Program-made: the position numbers and the translations under genes
From: Actinomycetes bacterium
GTDB lineage: Bacteria; Actinomycetota; Acidimicrobiia; Acidimicrobiales; JAMCPL01
Assembly: GCA_021816935.1 (NCBI GenBank)
Contig: JAKAWR010000005.1
Coordinates: 10,256-74,255 of the forward strand
DNA length: 64,000 bases
Direction of reading: 5' to 3'
In this document: positions 41,253-50,989 of the stretch, in pieces
Numbering within the stretch: position 1 is the stretch's first letter
Layout of the letters: every line of letters starts with the position of its first letter
Notes under the pieces: generated by a model
The model's input: the letters and a program-made list of their open reading frames with translations, nothing else
What the model was told of the DNA's origin: nothing
Databases searched by the model: none

Positions 41253-41420
41253 TAAGAGGCTCAGCGGATAGGGATGCCGGGCTCGCCGGCCCCCAGACGT
41301 CGCATCGCGGCGTTGTTGTCGTCGCCCAGGCACTCCAGCCTGGGCTTCCTCCTCCGCCTTGCGCTACTCGCCTGGATGACCGGCTCCCTTCTCCAACCTC
41401 CCTATCCGCTGAGCCTCTAA
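41253..41420. mobile_element. MITE-like non-autonomous element, copy B (complete, 168 bp)
   Basis: Terminal inverted repeats TAAGAGGCTCAGCGGATAGGGA (41253-41274) and TCCCTATCCGCTGAGCCTCTAA (41399-41420) match at 21/22 positions. TAA flanks both sides of the GAGGCTC...GAGCCTC core. There is no ORF inside. An extra partial end, CCTCAGCGGAT at 41422-41432, forms a 10-bp hairpin with the right repeat. Confidence 0.65.
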
Positions 41421-41431
41421 GCCTCAGCGGA

Positions 41432-42982
41432 TCAGGCCGTCGTGCGATCCCACGTTTGCGTGGTGACACCGCGATCCTTCAGTTCCTGGTACCGGACCCG
41501 GTGGGTCGGGGTCTTGGGTATTTCCGCCATGATCTCGATGTAGCGGGGTACCGCATATCGCGCGACTCGACCCTCGAGGAAGGAACCCAGCTCGACAGGA
41601 TCCACGCTTTCGCCGGGTTTCTCCACTACGCAGAGCTTCACCTCGTCCTCACCGAGCTCGGAGGGGACGGCGTGGGCGGCCGATTCCAGGACCTTCGGGT
41701 GCTGGTTGGCTACGGTTTCTATCTCCCATGCCGATATGTTCTCGCCGAGGCGCCTGATCGACTCCTTCTTACGGCCTTTGTAGTAGTAAAAGCCCTCAAC
41801 GTCACGCGCCGCCAAGTCACCGGTGTGGAACCAGCCATCGCGCCAGGCGCTTTCGGTCGCCTCGGGCAGGTTGTGGTACTCGCTGAGCTGCCCGGCGGGG
41901 TGCTTGAAGACCACCTCGCCAACCTCGTCCGAACCGAGCAACTCGCCACCATCCGACATGACGGCGAACTCGCATTCGCCGATCGGCCTGCCCATGGAAC
42001 CGACTCTTCCGCTGTCGTTCAGGAGCAGGCCGGGTGCGTCTACGAGACCGTAGAACTCGACCAGCTTCACGCCGAAACGCTCTTCGAACTCCACCCAGCG
42101 CTCAGCGGGGCATCCGGCCGAGAGGACCACTCTCACGGGATTGTCCCTGTCGTCGTCGCGCGGAGGCTGTTTGAGAAGGATCGTGATCATACCGCCTAGA
42201 GCGTTGAACTCGACGGCGCCGTACTTTCTCGTCTCGTCGAAGAGCCTCGAAGCGCTGAATCGGCGACCCAGGGCCAACCTCGCGTCGAGTACCATCGAGC
42301 CCGTTGTGGAGATGAGGAGTGCGTTCCCGTGAAAGAGGGGAAGGGCAGTATAGATAGTCTCACCCGGCTGGATGCCCAGAGAAGAGATAAGCGGGAGAAA
42401 GCCGCTCGCCCCCGCGGCTGCTCCTTTCTGTACAACGCCCTTTGGTGGTCCCGTGGTCCCCGACGTGTAGAGCATTGCCGCACCGGTCGGAGCCTCGGTC
42501 ACGTCGATCGAGGGTTCGCGGTCATCCCCATCGAGCAGGTGGTCGAAATCCGTTTCGAAGCCGTCTCCCGCTTTCCCTCCCACGACGACGGCATGGGCGA
42601 GCCCCGCAGCTTCCTTCCGGACGGCCGAGACGACGTCGCGCAGTTCGTCGTCCACGATGGCGCAGGCGGCTCCAGAGTCGGCGAGGATGTGGCTGAGCGC
42701 CGGCCCACGCTGGGAAATGTTGACCGGTACAGTGGACGCTCCTATGAAGCCGGCGGCAAAGTGTGCCCAAAGGAACTCGGGCTTGTTGCCCATCATCAGG
42801 GCGATCCGATCACCGGGCCGTATCCCGAGTCCCAGCAACCCGTTCGCCACCCTTTGGATTGCCGAGAGCGCTGTGGCCCACGAGACCTCCTCGTCCTCCC
42901 ACAGGAGCCAGGTTGAGTCGGGGTGCTCGGCCGCTCTCGAACGGATCAGCAGCTCAAAGATGCCTTGTGCCCGATCGGTCAT
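41432..42982 (-). CDS. AMP-dependent acyl-CoA synthetase/ligase
   Basis: AMP-binding motif MLYTSGTTGPPKGV plus WFHTGDLA. I place the start at the ATG giving MTDRAQGIFELL (42982). The track ORF extends to 43420 through an Arg/Ser-rich non-homologous stretch. Confidence 0.85.
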   Translation of the reverse strand: MTDRAQGIFELLIRSRAAEHPDSTWLLWEDEEVSWATALSAIQRVANGLLGLGIRPGDRIALMMGNKPEFLWAHFAAGFIGASTVPVNISQRGPALSHILADSGAACAIVDDELRDVVSAVRKEAAGLAHAVVVGGKAGDGFETDFDHLLDGDDREPSIDVTEAPTGAAMLYTSGTTGPPKGVVQKGAAAGASGFLPLISSLGIQPGETIYTALPLFHGNALLISTTGSMVLDARLALGRRFSASRLFDETRKYGAVEFNALGGMITILLKQPPRDDDRDNPVRVVLSAGCPAERWVEFEERFGVKLVEFYGLVDAPGLLLNDSGRVGSMGRPIGECEFAVMSDGGELLGSDEVGEVVFKHPAGQLSEYHNLPEATESAWRDGWFHTGDLAARDVEGFYYYKGRKKESIRRLGENISAWEIETVANQHPKVLESAAHAVPSELGEDEVKLCVVEKPGESVDPVELGSFLEGRVARYAVPRYIEIMAEIPKTPTHRVRYQELKDRGVTTQTWDRTTA

Positions 42983-43115
42983 CAGGCCGTCTCCTTCCCC
43001 CGCCCTCGGTGCCGACGTGCTGCAACTCTCGACGCTGCGATGGGTTGCCGCAAGGGCATTGTTACTGTTTCCTGCTCCACCGTGCGATCGGGCGCGGATG
43101 GCACTTCGGCGCCCG

Positions 43116-44408
43116 TCACCCGAACGAGAGGTCCATCGAGAATCCCGCCTCGCCGTAGGAGTCGACAAGGTGCCGGGCAGCCACGAGGCCGAGGAACTCG
43201 TTGACCCCATCTTCGATCGTGGAGGCGCGGGCATCCCGGTAGAGCTTTTCCACGAGGGTGCCCTTTGCCAACCCCATCCCTCCGAAGATCTGGACGGCGT
43301 CGTTCGCCACAGAAAGGGCCGCTTCGGTTCCCGCGACCTTGGCAGCGATGGCTCTGGCGACCGCGGGAGCCTGCGAGTTCTGGAGCAGCATCCCGCGGGC
43401 CATCGCTCTCGCCTGTTCAACCTTCACGTACATGTTGAAAAGCTTGGTTTGGATCATCTGGTGTTCGGCAATGACCTTGCCTCCCTGGACGCGCTGGCCG
43501 GCATAGTCGAGCGCCTCCTCGAAGGCCGCTCTGGCAACACCGGTGAAGAGCAGGGACATCCCCGTATTGGCGGTGACGAGGGTGATGTCGAGGAGATCCC
43601 TGTAGAAGTCCGGGCCGATCATCATGAGCTCGGCGGGGAGGTGCACCTCGTCAAAGAAGATCTCCCCCTGGTTGAGTGCTCGCTGGCCCAGCTTGTCGAG
43701 CGGTGGTCCCTTCGAGACGCCGGGAAGGTCGAGCGGCACTATGGCGACGCCGCCGCCGCCCATGCCCTTCTCGGCATCGACCGTGCAGAAAAGCAGGGCA
43801 TGGGTTGCGATCGTGCCGTTCGAGACCCAGGCTGACTTCTGCCCGGTGATGACCCATTCGTCGCCTTTCTGGTAGGCGCGGCACGATCCGGCGCTCCCCG
43901 TCGAGGCGAACGCCTCGGTGCCCGCACCCAGCTCGTCGGATCCGTGCGTCGGCTCGGTGATTGCCCAACAGCCGATCATCTTGGCCTCGGTGTCCTCGAC
44001 GAAGGGTTTCACTATTTCGTTGATCAGGGTCGTGTTGCCAAGCATCGTGCCGATGTGCGCGGCGAAGAAGAAGGGTAAAGCGGCCACGCCGAAGCTGACC
44101 GCGAGGTCGGATGCACCCCAACCGAGCTCCTCCTGCACGAGGGTACGGGCGAGGGGATCCAGATCGGCGCCGCCGACGCTCTCCGGCAGCATCATGAGGT
44201 GGTGGCCTGCCTGATACCACTTGCGCATAGCGGGCCATAACGGGGACCCCGCGGCGATCACCTCCGAAGGCGGAAGGTTGTCAAGCTCCAACGACACAGG
44301 CCGGAGCACCTCGGCGGCGAACTGGTGAGCCTCTTCCATGAGGGAAACGTGCTCGTCGTCCAAGTCGAAAGTTCGCTCGAAGTGGCGTGGCCGGCGTGTA
44401 GAGCTCAT
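43116..44408 (-). CDS. acyl-CoA dehydrogenase family protein
   Basis: 430 aa with an ACAD-like layout: GCWAITEPTHGSD, a middle beta domain, and C-terminal IFGGMG...YRDARASTIEDG. Confidence 0.8.
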   Translation of the reverse strand: MSSTRRPRHFERTFDLDDEHVSLMEEAHQFAAEVLRPVSLELDNLPPSEVIAAGSPLWPAMRKWYQAGHHLMMLPESVGGADLDPLARTLVQEELGWGASDLAVSFGVAALPFFFAAHIGTMLGNTTLINEIVKPFVEDTEAKMIGCWAITEPTHGSDELGAGTEAFASTGSAGSCRAYQKGDEWVITGQKSAWVSNGTIATHALLFCTVDAEKGMGGGGVAIVPLDLPGVSKGPPLDKLGQRALNQGEIFFDEVHLPAELMMIGPDFYRDLLDITLVTANTGMSLLFTGVARAAFEEALDYAGQRVQGGKVIAEHQMIQTKLFNMYVKVEQARAMARGMLLQNSQAPAVARAIAAKVAGTEAALSVANDAVQIFGGMGLAKGTLVEKLYRDARASTIEDGVNEFLGLVAARHLVDSYGEAGFSMDLSFG

Positions 44409-44458
44409 ACCTGTAACCTACGCCCTTATTGACACACATGTCAATAAGACAAGGCCAC

Positions 44459-45802
44459 TTACGGGTGTGACGAAAGTCCCACACTGGCCGGCGCCGTGGA
44501 AAGGGTGGTGGGAGCCGGGGGAGCCGGTTGCGCGAGGCCCTGCAGCGTGGCGAAGGAAGGCAATGCGCCAGGCGACGTGAGCTTCTCGAGAGCGCTCTGG
44601 TTGCCCTCCAGCTCGGCCTCGAAGAAGGCGGTCGTCACCTCGGCGGTGACCATCTCGAACTGGTCCCGGTGCATATAGGGGGAATAGTGGCCTGCGCCGC
44701 CGAGCTGCAGGTCATACTTCGTGCCTGTTGCCGCGTCGTATATGCGCTGCGAATCCGATGGGGGGTTGATGGTGTCGAACGTGCCCTGGACCACGAGGAG
44801 CGGAGGTCCAGGCGTGGTGAAGTAGCTGCCGGTGCCCGTTTCGAGCTCCTCGCCCGACAGGACTGCCGCCGCCTTCACGGCGCCGATGGCGCAGCAGGAG
44901 TCGTATGTGGCTGCGACGGTGGTGTCTCCCCCGTCGGAATGGCCCGCGAGCCCGATCTCGTCCGGGTCTATGAGACCTGAGAGGATATTGTCGGGCTGGG
45001 CGTCCAGCGAGAGGAGCCGGCCAAGGACGAAGCTCACGTCCTGTGGCTGGTTGACCATGTCATTCTCGTAGAGCCCACCGGGAGCGGCCGGGTTCGTGAG
45101 GGGAAATACAGGTGTGGCAACGACGAATCCGGCTCTTACCCAGGCGTCGAGAAGCGGCTGGTACTCCCATGGCCATACGTCGTATCCATGCGAGAAGACC
45201 ACAAGGGGGAGTTCCCGGGTCCCGAACGCACGAGGGAGGTGGTTCACGAGGGAAGGGCCGTAGCCGGCGGTGTCCCTCTTGGCGAAGGGGACGCCGGGTG
45301 ATTCGGTGCTGCCGGCGTGGGCGGAGACGGCCGGATACCAGACGTATGTCTCAATGATCCGCGGCTCGGGCGCTCCTGTCGGCGAATGTGGCGGGTAGAT
45401 GAACCTGCTCTGATCGACGAACTGGAATGATGCGACCCCTATTGCGTTTGCCTTTCTTCCGGGCTTCCGCGTGGTGGTAGAGGTGGGGGTCGTTGGAGGC
45501 AGGGGCAGCGGCGGGCAGGTCCTGTGCGACCGTGTGGCGCCCGTCGGGGCAGGCTTTGAGGGGGAGTTGCAGGGTCGCCGACTCTGGGGCTTCCACAGGC
45601 TCTCCAGGTTGCGGACGTCTCTTGCCGGCCCGGTAACGCCGATGGCGGTACCGGCAGCGAGTATGGCCAGCAACGTGATCGTCACGTGGCGGCGTCTCGG
45701 GCGTCCGTGGCGCGACCTGTGGGCCTCGACCGGACTGCGGGCGGGCGAGTGCTTCGATCTCTTCTTCGAGGCCCGTGGGACGGATCTTTTCCTGGTGGTC
45801 AA
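44459..45802 (-). CDS. secreted/anchored alpha/beta hydrolase (PAF-acetylhydrolase / dienelactone-hydrolase-like)
   Basis: N-terminal basic region plus a TM segment (VTITLLAILAAGTAIGV), a Pro/Thr linker, and the nucleophile elbow GLAGHSDGG. Confidence 0.65.
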   Translation of the reverse strand: MTTRKRSVPRASKKRSKHSPARSPVEAHRSRHGRPRRRHVTITLLAILAAGTAIGVTGPARDVRNLESLWKPQSRRPCNSPSKPAPTGATRSHRTCPPLPLPPTTPTSTTTRKPGRKANAIGVASFQFVDQSRFIYPPHSPTGAPEPRIIETYVWYPAVSAHAGSTESPGVPFAKRDTAGYGPSLVNHLPRAFGTRELPLVVFSHGYDVWPWEYQPLLDAWVRAGFVVATPVFPLTNPAAPGGLYENDMVNQPQDVSFVLGRLLSLDAQPDNILSGLIDPDEIGLAGHSDGGDTTVAATYDSCCAIGAVKAAAVLSGEELETGTGSYFTTPGPPLLVVQGTFDTINPPSDSQRIYDAATGTKYDLQLGGAGHYSPYMHRDQFEMVTAEVTTAFFEAELEGNQSALEKLTSPGALPSFATLQGLAQPAPPAPTTLSTAPASVGLSSHP

Positions 45803-45864
45803 GCGGGAGCGACTCTACCACCGGCGGGTGAAGAGGGGGCGTATGGGGCGGAGCGCCTCACTGG

Positions 45865-47592
45865 ATGTATGCTCGCAGAGTGCCAGGATCCGGACGGTTG
45901 GTGGCGTGGACGCGGCGACGAGATCGCAGGGTTCCCCGGATACTCGTGCTTACCGGACTCGTAGCGGTCGTGGCACTCGGTCTCCTTGTCGGGATCGGGC
46001 TGGCACCGGGAGGCTCATCTCGCAAGCAGGCCCGCGTGCCGTCCGGGCATCACCACCACCGGGGCAGGCAGGCGCTGGGAAGGGGCGCTCCCGCGGCTAC
46101 GCCTGCTGTCTACGAAACCTCTCATGGGCCGGTGGCGAGCTGGGTGGTGGCCGAGAACAAGCTCCCGGGTACCGAGGCGTGGAAGATCACCGGGGCCCAG
46201 CAGGAGGGGGGGATCATGGGTTACGCGAACCGCGTGCAGGCGCGGGAGGGCCAGTCCGTAGCCCTGTACGTGTCCACGACTGCGAGCACCTTCCGGGTCG
46301 AGGCTTTCCGGATGGGTTGGTACCAGGGCAAGGGGGGGCGCCTCGTGTGGGAGTCTTCCACTCTTCATGGAGCGGTGCAGCCACAGTGCCCCGTCACTCC
46401 CGGGATCAACATGGTGGAGTGCAGCTGGTCACCGTCGGTCACCTTCACGGTGACGAGCGCCTGGGTGCAGGGTCAGTACCTTCTCAAACTGGTCGGCGAT
46501 GGTGGACAGCAGAGCTACGTGCCGCTCACTGTCTGGGACCCGGCCAGCCACGCTGCCTACGTGATCATGGCGGGCGTGCTCACCGACCAGGTATTCAACC
46601 CGTACGGAGGCTATGACCTCTACCAGGGGGCAACGCCGTGCGCTCCGAATCACTATCCCTGTTCAACGCGGGCAAGGGTCGTCTCCTTCGACAGGCCGTA
46701 CACGACCGGCTTCGAGAACGGTGCCGGTGGGTACTTCAATGCGGTATACCCTGTCACGCGCCTGGCCGAAAAGTACGGTCTCGATGTCACCTACTGGACC
46801 GATATCACCCTTGCCGAGCACGGGAACATGCTTGCCAACCACAAGGTGCTGATATCGCCGGGGCACGATGAGGAGTGGTCGGCAAGCATGAGGCAGGCGC
46901 TGGTCGCAGCGCTCGGGAAAGGTGTCAACGTCATTTTCTTCGGGGCGAGCCCGATACTCCGCAAGGTGCGCCTCCAGCCCTCGCTGCTCGGGGCCGATAT
47001 GGAGATCGTCAACTACAGGGACCCGGCGAAGGACCCCCTGTACGGCAAGGACAATGCCCGCGTGAGCCAGAACTGGTGGGGCCAGCCGCCAGCGTCCTCG
47101 CCGGCCAGTCCCATCGTCGGAGCCGACTACATCGGCTACAACAACTCGCAAAGCTTTCCGCTCGTGGCGACCGACCCGTCTTCCTGGTTCTACAAGGGGA
47201 CGGGCCTTGCGGCGGGCGGGACCGTGCCAGGGGTACTTACCACGGACTTCCAGCAGTTCGACCCGACCCGTTCGGGCAACCCGCCCGATCTCGAGATCCT
47301 TGCCCACTCCCCTGTTGCCGTGGAGGGGAAGAGCGGTTCATGGTATGCCGACACGACGTACTACACGATGGCGTCATCGGGGGCCGGAGTTTTCTCCAGC
47401 GGTGCGAACTCTTGGGTGTCCTCGCTCTGGGCATGCAGCGAGGTGCCCGGATCCTGCTCGGGTGCGCCAGTTTCGTCTGTAGCGACGTCGCTGATGGACG
47501 CGATGACGGGGAACCTTCTTGCGCTCTTCGGCCAGGGTCCGGCCGGGCTCACCCAGCCGTCCGTAGCCAACTTCCAGCAGTTCTACGGCTAA
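45865..47592 (+). CDS. membrane-anchored protein resembling the N,N-dimethylformamidase beta-subunit-like family
   Basis: N-terminal TM segment (ILVLTGLVAVVALGLLVGIGLA). GYANRVQAREGQSVALYVSTTASTFRVEAFRMGWYQGKGGRLVW and VLISPGHDEEWSASMRQAL...VNVIFFGA resemble that family as I remember it. Confidence 0.5.
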   Translation: MYARRVPGSGRLVAWTRRRDRRVPRILVLTGLVAVVALGLLVGIGLAPGGSSRKQARVPSGHHHHRGRQALGRGAPAATPAVYETSHGPVASWVVAENKLPGTEAWKITGAQQEGGIMGYANRVQAREGQSVALYVSTTASTFRVEAFRMGWYQGKGGRLVWESSTLHGAVQPQCPVTPGINMVECSWSPSVTFTVTSAWVQGQYLLKLVGDGGQQSYVPLTVWDPASHAAYVIMAGVLTDQVFNPYGGYDLYQGATPCAPNHYPCSTRARVVSFDRPYTTGFENGAGGYFNAVYPVTRLAEKYGLDVTYWTDITLAEHGNMLANHKVLISPGHDEEWSASMRQALVAALGKGVNVIFFGASPILRKVRLQPSLLGADMEIVNYRDPAKDPLYGKDNARVSQNWWGQPPASSPASPIVGADYIGYNNSQSFPLVATDPSSWFYKGTGLAAGGTVPGVLTTDFQQFDPTRSGNPPDLEILAHSPVAVEGKSGSWYADTTYYTMASSGAGVFSSGANSWVSSLWACSEVPGSCSGAPVSSVATSLMDAMTGNLLALFGQGPAGLTQPSVANFQQFYG

Positions 47593-47609
47593 GAGCCTCA
47601 GCGGATAGG
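47590..47609. repeat. solo terminal repeat of the MITE-like family, copy C
   Basis: TAAGAGCCTCAGCGGATAGG begins on the TAA stop codon of the 45865..47592 gene. No matching opposite end was seen nearby. Confidence 0.5.
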
Positions 47610-47664
47610 TGACGGAGTGGGGGGCGAGCCGGGGGCGTGCGCCCCGCTGGTATCGTATGTGGCT

Positions 47665-49005
47665 ATGCGGGCGATCCTTGATGCAATCAACGCCGGAGCC
47701 TCTGGGGCGGACATCGCGGCGACTGCCATCCCCGAGTCGTACCGAGCCGCCTTCGTGAGAAGGGAGGACGTGGCGATGTTCGAGGGCCTGAGCTCTTCGG
47801 AGAAGGACCCGCGCCTCTCGATCCACGTGGGCGATGTGGCAGTCCCGGATCTGGCTCCAGACGAGGTCTACGTTGCCGTCATGGCGTCGTCGGTCAACTT
47901 CAACACGGTGTGGTCGTCGATCTTCGAGCCAATGCCGACCTTCACCTTCCTCGACCGGCTTGCGAAGACCTCGATCTACGGCCGGCGGCACGCAACGGAT
48001 CGCCACGTCATGGGTTCGGACGCGGCCGGAGTGGTCCTGCGGGCAGGCCCGGCGGTTGACAATTTCAAGCCGGGCGACAGGGTGGTGATCCACTGCAACT
48101 ACGTCGATGATCAGGACCCGAGTGCACACGACGATTCGATGCTTGCCTCGAACCAACTCATCTGGGGCTTCGAGACCAACTTCGGCGGGCTCGGCGAGCT
48201 CGCGGTGGTACGGGCGAACCAGCTCATGCCGAAACCGGCGCACCTCACCTGGGAGGAGTCGGCGGTCAACGCCCTGGTCAACTCGACCGCGTACCGGATG
48301 ATCGTCTCGAAGAACGGAGCGGATATGAGGCAGGGCCAGCGGGTCCTCATCTGGGGCGCCACCGGGGGACTCGGCGGGTACGCCGTGCAGCACGTCCTGA
48401 ATGGCGGGGGTATCCCTATCGGGGTGGTGTCCTCGCAGAAGAGGGCGTCCATTCTGGCCGATATGGGGGTAGAGGCCATCGTGGATAGGAACGCGGCGGG
48501 TTACAAGTTCTGGAAGGACGAGTTCACCCAGGACGAGTCGGAGTGGCGGCGGTTCGGGAAGGACCTGAGGGCGGTTGCCGGCGACGACCCGGACATCGTC
48601 TTCGAGCATCCCGGGCGGGAGACGATGGGGGCGTCGGTATTCGCCTGCAAGCGGGGCGGGATGATTATCACCTGCGCGGCAACGTCCGGTTACGTGATCC
48701 AGTACGACAACAGGCACCTGTGGATGAAGCTGAAGACGATCAAGGGCTCTCACTTCGCGAACTACCGGGAGGCCTGGGAGGCGAACGATCTCGTGCGGTC
48801 GGGCAAGGTCGTACCTGTGCTCTCCCGGGTTTTCAGCCTTGACGATGTTGGTGAGGCAGTCTGGCAGGTGCAGCGGAACCTTCATGAAGGAAAGATCGGC
48901 GTGCTGTGCCTCGCCGAGGGGGAGGGAGGCGGGATCGAGGATCCCGAGCTGCGCGAGCGGGTGGGAGAGCAGAGGCTCAACCTGTTCCGGCGCTACGATA
49001 CGTGA
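47665..49005 (+). CDS. ccr: crotonyl-CoA carboxylase/reductase
   Basis: The N-terminus MRAILDAINAG...IPESYRAAFV and SVNFNTVWSSIFEP...IWGFETNFGGLGELAVV are characteristic of Ccr within the MDR superfamily. Confidence 0.82.
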   Translation: MRAILDAINAGASGADIAATAIPESYRAAFVRREDVAMFEGLSSSEKDPRLSIHVGDVAVPDLAPDEVYVAVMASSVNFNTVWSSIFEPMPTFTFLDRLAKTSIYGRRHATDRHVMGSDAAGVVLRAGPAVDNFKPGDRVVIHCNYVDDQDPSAHDDSMLASNQLIWGFETNFGGLGELAVVRANQLMPKPAHLTWEESAVNALVNSTAYRMIVSKNGADMRQGQRVLIWGATGGLGGYAVQHVLNGGGIPIGVVSSQKRASILADMGVEAIVDRNAAGYKFWKDEFTQDESEWRRFGKDLRAVAGDDPDIVFEHPGRETMGASVFACKRGGMIITCAATSGYVIQYDNRHLWMKLKTIKGSHFANYREAWEANDLVRSGKVVPVLSRVFSLDDVGEAVWQVQRNLHEGKIGVLCLAEGEGGGIEDPELRERVGEQRLNLFRRYDT

Positions 49006-49007
49006 TT

Positions 49008-49433
49008 ATGCCGGACTCGGACACGCGATCAATGCTGACGGAGATCGACCACGTGGCGATCGCGGTCGGCAATATCGAAGAGGCGGTCGCCTTCTATCGC
49101 AGGGTTTTCGCTGCCGAGGTGGTTCACAGGGAGCGAATAGAGGCCGACCAGGTAGAGGAGGCACTGATCCGAGTTGCCGACTCCTACATACAGCTCATTG
49201 CCGCTACCTCTCCCGAGTCCACGGTTGCGCGGTTCCTGGCAAAGCACGGCGAGGGCCTGCACCACGTTGGTTACAGGGTCCAGGATGCTGGTGCGGCTGT
49301 GAAAAGCCTGAAGGCCGAGGGGGTAAAGATGATCGACGAGGTCCCGCGCCCCGGGTCGCGCGGGACCACCGTAGCGTTCGTGCATCCCGGTGGCGCTCTG
49401 GGAACGCTGATCGAACTGGTGGAGGAGCCGTGA
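49008..49433 (+). CDS. mce: methylmalonyl-CoA epimerase (VOC/glyoxalase fold)
   Basis: IDHVAIAVGNIEEAVAFY...GEGLHHVGYRV...AFVHPGGALGTLIELVE. The ATG lies 2 nt after the ccr stop. Confidence 0.82.
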   Translation: MPDSDTRSMLTEIDHVAIAVGNIEEAVAFYRRVFAAEVVHRERIEADQVEEALIRVADSYIQLIAATSPESTVARFLAKHGEGLHHVGYRVQDAGAAVKSLKAEGVKMIDEVPRPGSRGTTVAFVHPGGALGTLIELVEEP

Positions 49434-49444
49434 CACTTCATTCG

Positions 49445-50989
49445 ATGCAGGACAGGGTGGCCGAGCTCCGGGAGAGGAAGGACGAAGCGCTTCACGCCGG
49501 GTCCCAGCGGGCTGTCCAGCGCCAGCACGAGAAGGGCAAGATGACGGCCAGGGAGCGGATCGACTACCTTCTCGACGAGGGGTCCTTTTGCGAGCTCGAC
49601 ATGCTTGCCAGGCACCGGGCCCACGGCATGGGTATCGACCACTCGCGGCCTTACACCGACGGGGTCATCACAGGATATGGAACGATAGACGGGCGCCGGG
49701 TCTGCGTTTTTAGCCAGGATTTCACCGTGTTCGGCGGGGCGCTCGGCGAGGCTTTCGCCGAGAAAATCCACAAGATCATGGACCTTTCGCTCTCGCTTGG
49801 CGTGCCGATGATTGGCCTCAACGACGGTGCGGGGGCCCGGATCCAGGAAGGCGTCGTGTCGCTGAACGGCTACGGAGGGATTTTCCACCGCAATGTTGCG
49901 GCATCGGGTGTCATTCCGCAGGTCAGCGTCATTATGGGTCCGTGTGCCGGCGGGGCCGTGTACTCGCCTGCGATGACCGATCTCGTGTTCATGGTTGACT
50001 CGACCAGTCACATGTTCATCACCGGTCCTGACGTCGTGAAGGCCGTCACCGGTGAAGACGTGACGCTCGAGGAGCTCGGTGGCGCGATGACGCATGCCAC
50101 GAAGTCGGGTGTGGCCACCTTCGTGTCCACTGACGAGAAGGCATGCCTGGACGAGGTCCGCTACGTGCTCTCCTTCCTGCCGGCGAACAACCTGGAGGAG
50201 CCGCCGTGCGTGCAGTCGGAAGACGACCCGGATCGTCTGGCGCCCGAGCTGACCGACCTGATGCCCCGATCGGCGAACCAGCCTTATGACATGAAGAAGG
50301 TCATAGCGTCGGTCGTCGATGATGGCGACTACGTGGAGTTCCACGCTCACTGGGCTCAGTCGGTGACGTGCGGGCTGGCGAGGATTGGCGGGTACGTCGT
50401 CGGGATAGTCGGCAACCAGCCGGCGGTGCTGGCCGGCGTGCTGGACATATCGTCATCCGAGAAGGCTTCCCGGTTCGTGCGGACGTGCGACGCCTTCAAC
50501 ATCCCCCTCGTCACCTTCGTTGACGTTCCCGGGTTCATGCCGGGTACTGACCAGGAGTACGGCGGGATCATCAGGCATGGAGCGAAGCTTCTGTATGCGT
50601 ACTGCGAGTCGACGGTCCCGCGTATCCAGGTCATCACCCGCAAGGCATACGGTGGCGCTTACGTCGTCATGAACTCGAAGTCGATCGGTGCGGACCTTGC
50701 CTACGCATGGCCGTCAGCGGAGCTTGCTGTCATGGGCCCGGAGGGTGCGGTCGAGATCGTCTACCGGCGGGATCTGAAGGAGGCTGCCGACGGAGCATCC
50801 AGGCGAATGGAGCTGGTAGACGAGTACAGGGAGCGGTATGCAAACCCGTATATCGCAGCGGAGCGGGGCTACGTCGACGATGTGATCGATCCGGCGGAGA
50901 CGCGCCGGGTGCTTGCCGGCGCGCTCTCCATGCTGCGGACCAAGCGGGAAGAGCTCCCCCGGCGCAAGCACGGCAATGTCCCGCTCTAG
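49445..50989 (+). CDS. pccB: acyl-CoA (propionyl-CoA) carboxylase carboxyltransferase beta subunit
   Basis: KGKMTARERIDYLLDEGSF and two carboxyltransferase halves. An alternative GTG start at 49430 overlaps the mce stop (GTGA). The track ORF start at 48839 is an artefact. Confidence 0.88.
   Translation: MQDRVAELRERKDEALHAGSQRAVQRQHEKGKMTARERIDYLLDEGSFCELDMLARHRAHGMGIDHSRPYTDGVITGYGTIDGRRVCVFSQDFTVFGGALGEAFAEKIHKIMDLSLSLGVPMIGLNDGAGARIQEGVVSLNGYGGIFHRNVAASGVIPQVSVIMGPCAGGAVYSPAMTDLVFMVDSTSHMFITGPDVVKAVTGEDVTLEELGGAMTHATKSGVATFVSTDEKACLDEVRYVLSFLPANNLEEPPCVQSEDDPDRLAPELTDLMPRSANQPYDMKKVIASVVDDGDYVEFHAHWAQSVTCGLARIGGYVVGIVGNQPAVLAGVLDISSSEKASRFVRTCDAFNIPLVTFVDVPGFMPGTDQEYGGIIRHGAKLLYAYCESTVPRIQVITRKAYGGAYVVMNSKSIGADLAYAWPSAELAVMGPEGAVEIVYRRDLKEAADGASRRMELVDEYRERYANPYIAAERGYVDDVIDPAETRRVLAGALSMLRTKREELPRRKHGNVPL

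Noticed and set aside
42983-43420. N-terminal 146 codons of track ORF 41432..43420
   Set aside because: It is an Arg/Ser/Pro-rich stretch overlapping the end of the acyl-CoA dehydrogenase gene. Ligase homology starts at MTDRAQG (42982).
41204-43835. Long plus-strand ORFs 41204..42199 and 42657..43835
   Set aside because: They are antisense to the acyl-CoA synthetase and acyl-CoA dehydrogenase genes. The first also reads through the MITE-like element. No motifs.
47374-48885. 503-aa ORF on the minus strand
   Set aside because: It is fully antisense to the well-supported crotonyl-CoA carboxylase/reductase gene. The translation is Arg/Pro/His-rich with no motifs, a typical high-GC shadow ORF.
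48839-49429. N-terminal 197 codons of track ORF 48839..50989
   Set aside because: This part overlaps the end of ccr and all of mce in another frame and is Arg/Gly-rich nonsense. Homology to carboxyltransferases begins at MQDRVAELRE (49445).
49271-50350. 359-aa minus-strand ORF
   Set aside because: It is antisense to the carboxyltransferase beta subunit and epimerase genes, and has no motifs.
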